Origin: Andalucia godoyi And28
Lineage: Eukaryota; Protista; Jakobida
Direction: 5' to 3'
DNA: 64,000 bases
NCBI GenBank assembly: GCA_009859145.1
Contig: VRVR01000055.1
Span: 84,062 to 148,061 of the forward strand
Part shown: positions 30,401-40,521 of the stretch, one piece after another
Position numbering within the stretch: position 1 is the first letter of the stretch
Layout: every line of letters starts with the position of its first letter
Made by a program: the position numbers and the translations under genes
The notes under the pieces: model-generated
The model's input: the letters and a program-made list of their open reading frames with translations, nothing else
Database searches by the model: none
What the model was told of the DNA's origin: nothing

Positions 30401-31253
30401 TGCCGAGAATGCGGAGATCCTGGTCGGCGTCATTGCTCCGGACCAGCCAAAGTTCGTTTCCACGCCACCGTTCGCAACCTCAGGCGCCCGAATCGTCGAA
30501 ATCACTCTCACGGTGACCGGAGGCACAGTGGATGCGTACCTGTCGACATCGAACCCCTCGCCCTCTTCGGCCAGCTGGGAAGTCATGCAGCACATCGAGT
30601 CGACAACTGCAACATTGTCGATTCTTGCGAGCGGCCCTGTGTACGTCGGTCTGTACAATCCGACGCCGTTATCTCCTGCACCTGCTCTGCACGCTGTCCG
30701 CAGCTCCGGATCACAGCCGACTGTGACCGTTTTGTATGCGCTCCGGAGCCCTTCTGCCCCATCGTCTGACGGAAGCGAATCGGGCTCACTGTCTGCAGGA
30801 GACATTGTTGCAATTGTTGTGGTACCGCTGGTGGTCCTCGGCGCCCTAGTTGTTGGAGGAGTCTGGTTCTGGAAACGACGAAAGTCCACAGCTCTGCCTT
30901 TGTCTCCAGGCATCCCCATGCTCGACATGAGCACAGACGACGCGGAGTGTGGATCATCATCGCATGAAGCAGAATGCAAGATGTCGTCGAGCGTTGACGA
31001 GACCAACGTCGTCGTCGTGGAGACGGAGGCGGCTCCAGAGAAGGAAGAAGTCGTCAGTGAAGAATCGCGAATTTCCGAGCCAGAGACCGGCATCAGTGCA
31101 GCGGAAATGGTACCCGACACCGAGTTGAACGGAAAGCTGGCGTCTCCGAATTCTGAAGAACAGTCGAATGATGATTGTATGCCACTCGAAGAGAAAGACC
31201 CTGAAATTGCCGAGGACGTCGCTGCCGCAGATTCTCAGCCTGCCGCCGAGTAG
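27405..31253 (+). CDS. Type I membrane/surface protein: 7-bladed beta-propeller, Cys-rich (GCC2/GCC3, ephrin-receptor-like) repeats, single TM and acidic tail
   Basis: Signal peptide; seven ~49-aa repeats WTxVGSAGFSxG...SLALxxSGVPYVAFxDxxNxxKAxVMKY; many CxxCPAGSY/CxxCAAGTF repeats; TM IVAIVVVPLVVLGALVVGGVWFW followed by KRRK. Confidence 0.92.
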   Translation: MRLILRAVLLCTLACLTHGQQFNTWVSVGNGVINSGAVVSDTNLVLNGSGVPYVAYRDNANSGKATVRAYVGGIWTTVGSAGFSAGSAGFISLALNGSGVPYVAFQDEGNSDKATVMKYNGSVWTTVGSAGFSPGDAMYVSLALDGSGVPYVAFRDLTNSGKARVMKYSNGAWTTVGSAGISAGSATDVSLALNGSGVPYVAFADAGNAHKAVVMKYTDGVWTAVGSAGFSAGDAYDTSLALDSSGVPYIAFRDVANSNKATVMKYNGSVWTAVGSTGFSAGTVDSTRLALENFGVPYVAFRENSYKTTVMKYNGSLWTEVGSARFSAGGSGTVDTSLALDSSGVPYVAFVDNALGQRAVVMTIACSPGAAGPNGQSCDVCAEGTYTTAAGALNCTRCPAGTYNPTTGGNSTLSCFSCPAGSYVASAGSSQCTLCAAGTFGNATAANSSSACFACPAGSYATSAGLSQCTPCAAGTFGNATAANSSSSCFTCPAGSYTASNGSSQCTLCAAGTFGNATAANSSAACFACPTGSYAASAGSSQCTPCAAGSFGNTTGATSSSSCFDCPSGSYSITVGSNACVLCPCGTFGNTTGGTSSASACLACPAGSFSALNGSTSCTFCAAGTYSNRTGGISSASCLQCPAGSFAAANGSTLCTLCAAGTWSNATGSATSSVCTPCSAGSYTTAAGSSSCALCSAGTYNPSNGSTNATSCIPCAVNSFSSTTGSATCTACSTGQCAPAVGSTSCGACTCAPGQYRVSATTCAQCPAGTWQSLPDQPSCYYCPFGQASSVIGAYNVSVCTPCAAGWYPASGSASCVQCYPGWFAPGSGNSGCGPCPAGTYTGIYASGACDACPAGTFSTVASPGCTACSSGVSSVDRALRCNVYNVSESALSPTEVSLLSSDWQCASHQMGSSNTSLAVYATWNRQAMTVESFASCNVSTFETLPTASTKGESLSLALNVTTLTSASAWFVQGAKCFVCMRASAAGTAWIALSETEVVAENAEILVGVIAPDQPKFVSTPPFATSGARIVEITLTVTGGTVDAYLSTSNPSPSSASWEVMQHIESTTATLSILASGPVYVGLYNPTPLSPAPALHAVRSSGSQPTVTVLYALRSPSAPSSDGSESGSLSAGDIVAIVVVPLVVLGALVVGGVWFWKRRKSTALPLSPGIPMLDMSTDDAECGSSSHEAECKMSSSVDETNVVVVETEAAPEKEEVVSEESRISEPETGISAAEMVPDTELNGKLASPNSEEQSNDDCMPLEEKDPEIAEDVAAADSQPAAE
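27480..28490 (+). repeat. Seven coding repeats with a ~147-nt period (propeller blades)
   Basis: ggagtcccgta recurs at 27552, 27699 and 27846 (147-nt spacing) and in the following blades. Confidence 0.9.
28656..29100 (+). repeat. Four coding 111-nt tandem repeats (37-aa Cys-rich unit)
   Basis: tgtgctgcggg recurs at 28707, 28818, 28929 and 29040. Confidence 0.9.
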
Positions 31254-31991
31254 TACCTTATGAATCCCTAGATACCCTCCTCCGTCTTATTCTGCATACA
31301 GATTGATGAAGGACTCTTCAGGAGAATTTTCGTTTTGTGAGGAATGCACGAAGTCCCTGCAATATTCTTTGATAAAAGAAGTAAATCGCGGCCCAATGCG
31401 TTAACATTTCAAAGTTCTTGGTCAAACAGACATGATCATGTGATCGGCAGCAGTTAGACCCGTCGCTGCTTTTGGGTGATTGTTGCACTGTGCAGACTGA
31501 AAGTGCTTTATCACTAGAGAATGTGATTCTACAAACAGTTGAGGGCTCTGGAAGACGCGTTCATTCGGTTTTCAAAAAACCACAAGATGAAGAGATGAGT
31601 GGAAAATGAAAGAGGTGCTGCCGCTGCACACTGTTCTTATGTGAGTGCGTCATTATTCTTCAGAGGTGTTATTTAATATCCCATGGATTTTTCAGTGAGA
31701 TCGATTATTCAACAAGCATTGCTTCTTACCAGCATTGATTGTTTCTCCAAAAGTCCGAGGAGCTAGTAAAGACAAGAAGAAGGATGGCCACAATGACGAA
31801 TTCGGCAAGATGTCAATAGAACTCGCTCTTCAAGCTGAACAAACCAGACATTTAGAACGGAAGACAAGGTGGTGCGCACTCAAGGGAGATTCTGAATTTC
31901 TAATACACTACGCACACGGAACGCAATCACGATGACAAACATGACGAATATCCGTTGGAATGTTCTAAACTGCACGCAATGGAGTGGAATC

Positions 31992-32471
31992 TCAACCCCC
32001 ATGCGGAGCTCCGGTGTAAAATCCGAAAATTTCGACCAATAATGACTCGACTCCATTGCCAGAAATGTCGGTGCTGCTCGGACACATGGTTGCGAGATAG
32101 AAACAGTCAGGATCGGTTGAAACCCCGTCGACCATGTAGTACTCGCTCAAATTCACGGTCCATGGAAGCAGCCCCGCGCGGGCGTCTCCAACCACAGTCG
32201 AAATCCCGAACCATCCATCTGGAAACAACGTGGCGATGGAGCGATGCGGAACGATTGTGCCAAAAGCGATCTTGTAATGTCCATTACCATCCCTGACCGT
32301 TGTGATATTTTGGTATGGAAGATTTTGAATTTCGAGATTCACGACTACCAGCTGATCGCCTACCAGGTGCATCCGCGCACGCATCAGAGGGCGACCAGCT
32401 GGCGTCTTTGCAGCATCTGCTGCCCGAGCAGCAGTGAGGACGACCAAGAGACAAACGAATCGCATGATCAT
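31992..32471 (-). CDS. Small putative secreted protein, unknown function
   Basis: Signal peptide MIMRFVCLLVVLTAARA; beta-rich ~150-aa mature part with two Cys. The 3' end falls in a G-run and may be affected by an indel. Confidence 0.55.
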   Translation of the reverse strand: MIMRFVCLLVVLTAARAADAAKTPAGRPLMRARMHLVGDQLVVVNLEIQNLPYQNITTVRDGNGHYKIAFGTIVPHRSIATLFPDGWFGISTVVGDARAGLLPWTVNLSEYYMVDGVSTDPDCFYLATMCPSSTDISGNGVESLLVEIFGFYTGAPHGG

Positions 32472-32642
32472 CGGTTTGTACAGGTGATCAACAGACCAAT
32501 ACATCATGGATCGGTTTACAGCTCAAATTCGCCCGAGCAAAGAAAAGAGAGAGGAGTGCACCAAATTGTTCCTTCCTGGACGGAAAAACCTTCCCACCGA
32601 TTGTCGTGCTATTGTGCAGAAAATCCGCGGAATTTTGCGCTA

Positions 32643-34579
32643 TCGTAACCAAACCTAAGATTGCCGGTGAAAACCTGTTCTTCCTTACGGCCGATATTTT
32701 CCTGGCTCCACAAAAAAGGAATTTTTACTTATGCTATACCTAAGCTTGCCGATCTCCGATACCTTTTGTTTTTCTCCATAACCTTATTTTTCAATCGAAA
32801 ACCACACATTTTCCCATCCAATTCAAAGGTATTCGGTGCGAGGAACATGGATAGTTCATCACATGTGCGCCTCACACAGGACATCCTGCGTCATTTGGTC
32901 TACAGGACCCAGTACAAGGACCTAGAGTCTCCTGAGAGGGCCATCCGCAAGTATCTCAAGATCTACTTCGACATCGTCATCGATTTTCTGAACGGCAAGG
33001 CGGAAGAAATACATGGCTCGCAACAAACTGGGACAAGCGCATTGTGCGTCTGCTGTCTCAAACATGGATGAGAAAATTCAACGAACGGCTCGTGAAACGA
33101 GGACGCGCACCGCTTGTGTTGCGTTGCCCGTCAACAATAGAACGATCAAGGGAATATTCGTTCAACAAACCCAGCGTTGACGAGTTTTTCGTGCTCCTCA
33201 AAGAAGCGTTTGAGCGAGCCGGGATTCGCAGCCCAGCAGATGCGTGGAGGGTCGTGAACATGGACGAGACGGGAGTTCAGGGAGACCAAGAATCGAAGAA
33301 CCGCGTTCTGGCACCTCGAGGGACCAGGAGGGTCCAACTAAAGGTCAATCCTGAACGCAACCACGTCACTATGATCAACGCTATATCAGCAGATGGCAAA
33401 GCATACACGCCGATGTTTGTGTATGCTGGAACCGGCCCCACACAGGACTTCGTTCGCCATGTACTCTGCGGGAAGGGCTACAGCAACACCATGCTTGCAC
33501 GTACAGAAAATGGCTGGACCGACAGCGATGTCTTCCTGGAATTTCTTGAGTTTTTGAAGGAGCAGTTGCCTGCGCTCGGTGACGATGAGAAAGTCGTGCT
33601 GATCGTCGATGGACACAGCACGCACACGACGATTCCAGCACTGCGATGGTGCCTGGAAAATCGATGGGAGTTAGTCACTTTTCCAGCTCACTGCACGCAC
33701 GAAATGCAGCCACTGGATGTCGGGTGCTACAAGAGAGTCAAGCAGATGTTTCGCAGCGAGAAGCAGGCTCTGGAGCATGAGAAGATCGCAGGTGGAAAGG
33801 TAATCTTGCTTCCAGACGACCAGTCCATCATCTTGAAGAAGTCGGACGACGCCAACACGTACTGCTTGCTGGAAGCATGGAAATCGGTATCGACAAAAGC
33901 AGTCCAAGATGCCTTCCGCATGACAGGCATCTTTCCGCTGAATGTGAAGATGTTCGACAACAAGTTTGTGGACAGGGAAGATGTGCTGCAACGAGCGACA
34001 GAGTTCAAGATTATCATCCATTCCGTGACGCCTGCGTTGATGCGCGAACCCCAGAATCAAGGAAATGGAGTACTCGGAGCGGATGCAGAGGATGAGGAAG
34101 GAGCCCCAGCACACTCAGCAACATCAGCTCCATCAGAACGTGTTCTACAACATGGATCACGAGGAGCACTCTCGAAGAAGACACTGAGCGAAGCCAGCAA
34201 GCGAAATCCCAAGGGATGCGCACAAGCCCTGTGTGCCGATGTCACGTTGCAGTTGCTGGATCAGCAGGAAGAGGAGAAACGCCAACAGGAAAAGGCGAAA
34301 AGCGAGAGGGCAGCAAAGAGAATGAAGACGAGCGTTGCGATGGATGTCCGAAACCAGTGAAAACGCGGAAGTCGAGCGAGGTTTGCATGTAAACATTAGT
34401 ACTTTTCGAGGGGTCGGACAACACTGGATATTTCAAACATGGGGAATCGAGGGCGCTGAACACGATTTCATGAAGAAAAAAGCATCAAACCGAAAGCATC
34501 AAATCGAAATTCAGGAAATTGGAAAAATCGAGGGACCGGCAAGCTTATGTATGACCGGCAATCTTAGGTATGGTTACGA
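32643..34579 (+). mobile_element. pogo/Fot1-like DNA transposon, copy 2 (defective)
   Basis: 26-bp TIRs TCGTAACCA(A/T)ACCTAAGATTGCCGGT at 32643-32668 and 34554-34579 (25/26). TA on the left, AA on the right. An internal TAAGCTTGCCG motif is repeated near both ends (about 32740 and 34535). Confidence 0.9.
32847..34360 (+). pseudogene. DD35D pogo-like transposase with N-terminal deletions and a frameshift
   Basis: The N-terminus MDSSSHVRLTQDILRHLV..KYLKIYFDIVIDFLN aligns with copy 1. About 45 and about 63 aa are missing relative to copy 1, and the frame changes near 33045. The catalytic core NMDETG/IVDGHSTH/MQPLDV is intact. Confidence 0.85.
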
Positions 34580-34838
34580 AAGCTAGTCTGGCAGAGATGC
34601 AACCTATTCGGACAAAAATGCACGTGAGGCAGTCTACTCCACAGCTCCTCTGTCTTACTCGCTGTCCATCTGAATGAAAGACACGGACGCGCACAGATTC
34701 ATTTTCATCCGTTTACCACCAAAACTAGTACGACAAAAAGATTAACAGCTCCAAACAGCTCGTTCCAAGCAGGAGTGATTCTTAACTTGAACACAACTTG
34801 AGAGAGACTACGAACCCTGCTCAGATGAATCGACAAAG

Positions 34839-37800
34839 ATGCCTGTCTGGGACACAGAATCAGAGTCTTCTCCGATGGCACAGATCTCACAAACGAATTT
34901 GTTCGCACCATGCAGAATTATCGGCTCTCTTCGTCTCTCTGCACTTTTCTTTTTTATCAGATACTGTCCTTTTGTTGGAGTGTGCAAAGAACGAGAATAC
35001 CGACCATTTTCTTCTATGCAGCCGATGGAAGATGGGTCTTCGTCAAATGGGTCGTCCTCGGTTTCGTCGCTCCGATCGCGTCTCTTCAGTGCAGCGCTGA
35101 AGGCAAGAGCCGTGCGGTTTGTCTGCACGTATACGGCACCGTTTGTTTCGCGAGTGCTCAATGTGACGATCCTGGACCCCGCTTGCTCTGCGCTGTTTTC
35201 GTTCCTTCGCTGCTGCTCCATCGTCGTGCTGCTTGTCCATATCTTGTGCGTTTCCATCGTCGGCTTCCATTTTGCCGCTCAACATTCCCCAAACCTCGGT
35301 GCTTTGTTGTCAGTCGCCGATGGCGTGCTTCTGTTTTCTCCAGTCTCTTCTTCGTCCTTCACAGCACGGTCGCAGCTGTGCATCCTGCTGGTGGCGTGGC
35401 AGCTTGTCGGAATTGTCGTAGCCGGGTTGCTGCAGTTCCTAACCAAGACGCCCTTTTCCCAGTCTCCTCGGATGATCTGCCGGTTTGCCGCGCTGCATGT
35501 GGAGCTCACCATCATGTTCTTTCTGACGATCGTCCGCCACTCGCTGCTGTTCCTGGCCTGTGATGAGGACGCGAACCTGCGTGCTTTCAGCGACCGGAGC
35601 TGCTCTGGGCCGACGTTCGCTGTGTATGCGTTTTTATCCGTCGGCACGATCGTGGCGTCTGCTTCCATCGTCGCCGTCTTTGCTCCGACCACGCACGCAA
35701 TTCCGCTTCTCGTTCCGGTGAGTCGCTTCGACTTCTCGGGCATCATCTGCCCGCTGACGTCCGTTTCGATGCGGCTTGCTCCAGCTGCTGTTTTGCTGCT
35801 TTTCGTCCTCGTCCGCATTCCACTGCTGAATGCATTCTTGAGTGCGGCACTCTGGATTTGCCTGCTGAAAGTCGTGTCCCGTCTGTCGTACCCATTTCTA
35901 AAGCCAGCGGCTGGCGCACTCTTTGTGGGTGTCGCATGGGCCGCAGTTGCGCTGAGCGTCTGGCTCGGTGTGTGCAGTCTGCTGGACTCGAGTGATGCTG
36001 CTGCGTCCGTGGAACTGCCGATTTTGATTGTGGTGCTGGTGACCGCTGTTTCTGCAGGTGCAGCGTACCGCATGCGCCGATACCGAAAGACCGTTACGCA
36101 ATTCGCAGCTGCAATGGAACTGGACTATGACACCTTCTTGGCCATGAACACCGTTCCTCGTCTTGTGCGCGATCCTGCGGTGAGCAGGGATTCTCCGAAC
36201 GACAGTGCTTCAACGGCGTTCCCGTCGATGGAAAGCGTGTCGAACAGCAGCGGTAGTGCTGTCGACACTTCCTCAACTCCAGCGTTCTCGAACAATTCCC
36301 GTCGGCTCTTCTGGGCTGTTGTCCTCAGCTCACCAGAGAACATGATATTTGTGGCACGAGTCTTGCTGGGGTCTTCGGAAGCAAACATGCAACTGCGAGT
36401 TCAGTCCTGCATGTACCTGTTCGAAACCGTGCTCACGCAGCCGGAGTACTCGTCCTGCGACTCCATTTGGGTGTACTACTCGAGCTTGCGACTCTACCTT
36501 TCGCTGGCTGGAGATATCCGTTCGCTGCAAAATGCATCTACATCACCGAATGCCGCAGAAAAATTGGGTTCCTCTAGCGAATATCGAGCCACATTTCGCG
36601 ATTTGACCGGAAGGAACAAAAAGCGACAGTCGATCGTCGATACCGAAGAGTCAGCAAACCCCAACGAGCAGCGGTTTCGGTTTCGAACAAAGGACGCGCG
36701 GACACTCTACTACACGTGCGCGCTGGACGAGCGACTATGCTTGACGAAGCTTCGGGAAGTTGCGTCCACCGATTCTCTTTCGGTTGCCAAGCGATTTTCA
36801 GCCTCTCTGATCAATGTGCTGTTGATCGACAATCGCGTTCTCTCGTTGCTGCTCTTTCCGTGGGCAGAGCATGAAAAGTGCGTTCGCAGAGTTCGTGCGT
36901 TCTGGAAATTGCTTCTGTCTCCCAAGCCTGACGTGTCCTCGCTGCCAAGGGTGGTCTCCTCCATTGACGATCACATTCGCCTGGCCGAGCGGTACTTTGA
37001 CATCCTCAAACAGCGTTTTCCCAAGGATACTGAAGTCGAGAAGGCCTACCACGGATTTTTGTTTGAAATGGAAAAGGTGGCGGAGCCAAACAGCGAGGTT
37101 GGGGCGTCCATTCCGGCAGCTCAGGTCGCCCGCGTGAACACCTGGCACAACACGATCGTGCAGCTCAAGGACAAGCAAATCTTTCGTCTTCGTCTATCCG
37201 TACTGCTGTCTGCGTTTATTGTGCTGTGCTGCGTGTGCATCGCTTTTGGAGTCACTCTGTACATGTTCAGCACGTATTCGGGAGCATCGGAAACACTCAC
37301 TCTTGTCAGCCGAAACCGCCGAATCTCTCAAGGTGTGGCGATTGCAATGCGGCTGGAGATCATACAGCCCACCTTGACGGCGAATCTGGCGCTGCTCCAG
37401 AGCGAAGGCGATTTGTTTCAAACGAACATGCGAAACATCGAAACGGCCTCGGTGCCAAACCCCGCAAAGAGGAATGAAATCCTGCATGAAAAGGTTACGC
37501 CGAAGCTGTACATTCCGGCCACAGACTCGTTTGACACCACTGGTCGCCAGCTGAGCATGAAGGATTTGACGCTGCGCGTAGGTCAGACGGCATCGAATCT
37601 TGCGAAGTCCAGCACCCTGACGACTCTCCAGAACGCCAGCACGGATCCGTCTGTCCGCTATGTGCTTGACAACAGCATTTCCGTGCTATTCTCGCTTCTA
37701 TCCGGCAGTTTCACAAAGATTGTCTCCGTGTATGATGACACTTATGCGACATTCGTGATTGTGCTTGTGGTTCTGCTGTGCATCGGCTGGGTGATTCCCT

Positions 37801-40223
37801 TGTTCCTGTTGCTGGGACTTTTCTACCCTGCAGCCAAGCGGTTTGTCCAAAACCGTGCGCAGCTGTATTCTTTCTTCGGATCAATCCCCAAAGGAATGGT
37901 CCAGCGGATTGTCTCCGGATTCAAGATCCGGGGGACGCGGTCCACCGATTCCGCGACATCTGAATCCGACATGGAGACCGAGGACGTGCCGTCCGGCTAC
38001 GACGACAACTTTGCTGCTTCCAATGGGGTTGTACCGTTCCGTGTTCGGAAGGATCCTTTGCGCCGGCTCTCCGTCGTGTTCATCCTCACCCTTCTTTTGT
38101 CCTCCATTTTGATCACGGTTATCTGCATTCATGGGTTTGTGTTCCTGTCGCTCTTCCGAGACAATACAGAGCTGACGTCAGTGTCTGGAGATCGCAGGTC
38201 GATCGTCTCGCGCTTGCATTCTCTCTCGGTCGAACTTGTCGCAAACGACACGCGTTCATGGTCGTCGCGGTCTCAGATTTTGGTGGAACTCCAAGACCTC
38301 ATGCGGGAAGTTTCGCAGGCGGACTTGGACCTCCGTTCAAAGTATGATGGTCTTGATTCTCGAGCAGATTCCATGCATTACGATCCGTTTTGCAGCGATC
38401 AATCGCTCATTACGTGCCGTCCTCTTGCGACACTGCTCGGCGACTTTCTCTATGCGGTATCGCAGTGGGCGTCAGCTGCACAGGATCCTTCTGATCTGAA
38501 TCTTCCGCTCTACACATCGATCTCCCAGATGGAGTCGTATCTGGTGAGCCAGTTCCTTACACTGCTCACGTATCAAAACGCCGCGTATGACCGCCGCGTG
38601 GACGTTCACTACACGTCTGTCATTGTGTGCTTTGCAGTGCTTCTCCCCATTCTCTTCGCGTGTTTCGTGTGGCTCATCAGTTCCTTGGCTGGACTGGAAC
38701 ACGAGTCGCAGCGCGCACGACTGCTGTTCCTTTGGCTTCCGTGGAACTGGCTGAAGGCGTGGCCCCTGTTCGGAGTGATCTTGTTTGGGGACAGCGCGTA
38801 CAATGGAGAGGACGCCAATGTGTATCATGCCGATCTCCTGAAGCTGTCCAAGCTGCAGCTGGTGGAGCGGCAAGTCGATCTGCAGACGCGTTTCTCGCGA
38901 TTGCTCGAGACATCCAAGGATGGCATTCTCGAAATTGCCCTTCATGTGCCCGCATTTGGCCGCGGGGATCGAGAAGAATCTCCTGAGACCATTATGGACG
39001 TGGAAATGACGGGAAGAAAAGGGCCTGGCAGCCAGCTTGGCATAGTATCTTCCGGCAGCCGAGATCCTCGCGTCGAGAATTGCAACCGAGCCTTTTGCTC
39101 GATGGTGGGTCTGGACAATCGCATGGTGCTGGGTCGGTCGCTGTGCTCCTTTGCAGCGACGGCGGACGACACGGTTCTCATCCAACGAGCCCTTTCGCCG
39201 GATTCTGTGACGCGCCACGTGGATGTGCAGTTCTCGCGAGGGCTCTCGGGAGCTCCGTTCCCTGTGCGGCTTGACATTTCGCGGACTTCGGACAGTTCGC
39301 ACGCGGAACTCAAAGATGCACAATCCGAGCAGAACTCCGCCGATACCACCGTCACGTTTCTTGTGTTTGTTCGGGATATGAGCGAAACGGTGCGCCGCGA
39401 AACCCTTCTCGAGGCTGAGAAACGCCGTGCAGACACGCTGCTGCAGAACATTCTTCCTTATTCCGTTGCGGACCGCCTGCAGCGAGGAGAGACCTTGATT
39501 GCCGACATGTACGATGAAGTGACGATTTTCTTCAGCGACATCAAGGGATTCACGCAGCTGTCTTCAGCGTTGACTCCCGCCCATCTCGTCCGGATGCTCA
39601 ACTCGCTCGTGACCGGAATGGACCGTCTGGCGCTGCACTACGGAGTGGAAAAGGTCAAGACAATTGGCGATGCGTATCTGTGTGTGGCGGGAGCTCCGCA
39701 GCCCTGTGTCGACCATCCTGTACGAATGATCGAGTTCTCCTTTGCGTGCATGGAGCTTGTCAAGCGTTTGAATGACAGCGGAGTGCTAGGATTGAAGGAC
39801 CCGCTGCAGATACGCGTCGGCGTGCACTCGGGCCAGGTCATCGCGGGGTGCATTGGTGAGAACCGGTACATCTGGGATGTGTATTCCGAGGACGTGAACA
39901 TCTGCTCGCGTCTCGAGTCCACCGGGTTTCCTGGGCGCATTCATATTTCCAGGGCCACGTTTGAGCGAGTCCATTCCATGTATGACTGCGAAACGCGCAC
40001 GGTGATGCTTAAAGGTGTCGGAGAGGCGACGACTTACTTTGTGCACGGACGCACTGGATCGACGGTGTTTGGCTTCCCGGAGCCGAACTGGGAGGAGATT
40101 CTCGATCCCACCGACCGCTCGCGGGTCTCCTCTGCCGCGCCTTCCGTCAATCGGTCCGTCGTACGCCAAGTCGTCCCGAAGACCGTCTCCATTTCTCTGG
40201 AAAGGCGACCGGCTCCCCTGTAG
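34839..40223 (+). CDS. Multi-TM, PAS-containing class III adenylyl cyclase (TmcB-like architecture), paralog 1
   Basis: Many N-terminal TM segments, helical middle region, further TM pairs, PAS-like segment (DGILEI...NRAFCSMVG...LGRSL) and a cyclase with FSDIKGFT, EKVKTIGDAY, RVGVHSG and WDVYSEDVNICSRLE (K/D pair, ATP-type). The true start may be a later Met near 35014-35025. Confidence 0.9.
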   Translation: MPVWDTESESSPMAQISQTNLFAPCRIIGSLRLSALFFFIRYCPFVGVCKEREYRPFSSMQPMEDGSSSNGSSSVSSLRSRLFSAALKARAVRFVCTYTAPFVSRVLNVTILDPACSALFSFLRCCSIVVLLVHILCVSIVGFHFAAQHSPNLGALLSVADGVLLFSPVSSSSFTARSQLCILLVAWQLVGIVVAGLLQFLTKTPFSQSPRMICRFAALHVELTIMFFLTIVRHSLLFLACDEDANLRAFSDRSCSGPTFAVYAFLSVGTIVASASIVAVFAPTTHAIPLLVPVSRFDFSGIICPLTSVSMRLAPAAVLLLFVLVRIPLLNAFLSAALWICLLKVVSRLSYPFLKPAAGALFVGVAWAAVALSVWLGVCSLLDSSDAAASVELPILIVVLVTAVSAGAAYRMRRYRKTVTQFAAAMELDYDTFLAMNTVPRLVRDPAVSRDSPNDSASTAFPSMESVSNSSGSAVDTSSTPAFSNNSRRLFWAVVLSSPENMIFVARVLLGSSEANMQLRVQSCMYLFETVLTQPEYSSCDSIWVYYSSLRLYLSLAGDIRSLQNASTSPNAAEKLGSSSEYRATFRDLTGRNKKRQSIVDTEESANPNEQRFRFRTKDARTLYYTCALDERLCLTKLREVASTDSLSVAKRFSASLINVLLIDNRVLSLLLFPWAEHEKCVRRVRAFWKLLLSPKPDVSSLPRVVSSIDDHIRLAERYFDILKQRFPKDTEVEKAYHGFLFEMEKVAEPNSEVGASIPAAQVARVNTWHNTIVQLKDKQIFRLRLSVLLSAFIVLCCVCIAFGVTLYMFSTYSGASETLTLVSRNRRISQGVAIAMRLEIIQPTLTANLALLQSEGDLFQTNMRNIETASVPNPAKRNEILHEKVTPKLYIPATDSFDTTGRQLSMKDLTLRVGQTASNLAKSSTLTTLQNASTDPSVRYVLDNSISVLFSLLSGSFTKIVSVYDDTYATFVIVLVVLLCIGWVIPLFLLLGLFYPAAKRFVQNRAQLYSFFGSIPKGMVQRIVSGFKIRGTRSTDSATSESDMETEDVPSGYDDNFAASNGVVPFRVRKDPLRRLSVVFILTLLLSSILITVICIHGFVFLSLFRDNTELTSVSGDRRSIVSRLHSLSVELVANDTRSWSSRSQILVELQDLMREVSQADLDLRSKYDGLDSRADSMHYDPFCSDQSLITCRPLATLLGDFLYAVSQWASAAQDPSDLNLPLYTSISQMESYLVSQFLTLLTYQNAAYDRRVDVHYTSVIVCFAVLLPILFACFVWLISSLAGLEHESQRARLLFLWLPWNWLKAWPLFGVILFGDSAYNGEDANVYHADLLKLSKLQLVERQVDLQTRFSRLLETSKDGILEIALHVPAFGRGDREESPETIMDVEMTGRKGPGSQLGIVSSGSRDPRVENCNRAFCSMVGLDNRMVLGRSLCSFAATADDTVLIQRALSPDSVTRHVDVQFSRGLSGAPFPVRLDISRTSDSSHAELKDAQSEQNSADTTVTFLVFVRDMSETVRRETLLEAEKRRADTLLQNILPYSVADRLQRGETLIADMYDEVTIFFSDIKGFTQLSSALTPAHLVRMLNSLVTGMDRLALHYGVEKVKTIGDAYLCVAGAPQPCVDHPVRMIEFSFACMELVKRLNDSGVLGLKDPLQIRVGVHSGQVIAGCIGENRYIWDVYSEDVNICSRLESTGFPGRIHISRATFERVHSMYDCETRTVMLKGVGEATTYFVHGRTGSTVFGFPEPNWEEILDPTDRSRVSSAAPSVNRSVVRQVVPKTVSISLERRPAPL

Positions 40224-40308
40224 TTGGGATGTTGCGTCAATGTTTGAACCTTGCTTTTCTTGCTCTTCTCTCTCTTAACATGTTTATCCACAGACTTCTT
40301 GACCAAGA

Positions 40309-40521
40309 ATGCGCATCGTGTTTTGTCTTCTACTTTGCTTAGCCGTTGCAGCAGCTGTTTGTGCAAGCCCTTGCTCCGCTTGTGGAGGAGCTGCGCACGC
40401 TGACATTGTCTCTCGTCTTGCGCAATGTTTTCCGGCTGGTCTCAGCATTGTTGCAGTGCACTGTGGAAGTACTGGTCCACTTGCGGTGCATTCGAGTGCT
40501 GTGGAAGCGCATAAAATATAG
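40309..40521 (+). CDS. Small putative secreted Cys-containing peptide or gene fragment
   Basis: Signal-peptide-like MRIVFCLLLCLAVAAAVCA; 70 aa; no family motif. Confidence 0.3.
   Translation: MRIVFCLLLCLAVAAAVCASPCSACGGAAHADIVSRLAQCFPAGLSIVAVHCGSTGPLAVHSSAVEAHKI

Noticed and set aside
30056-31120. 354-aa antisense ORF and the many other long antisense or alternate-frame ORFs in GC-rich genes
   Set aside because: They lie wholly within well-supported CDSs and are expected from high GC and codon bias.
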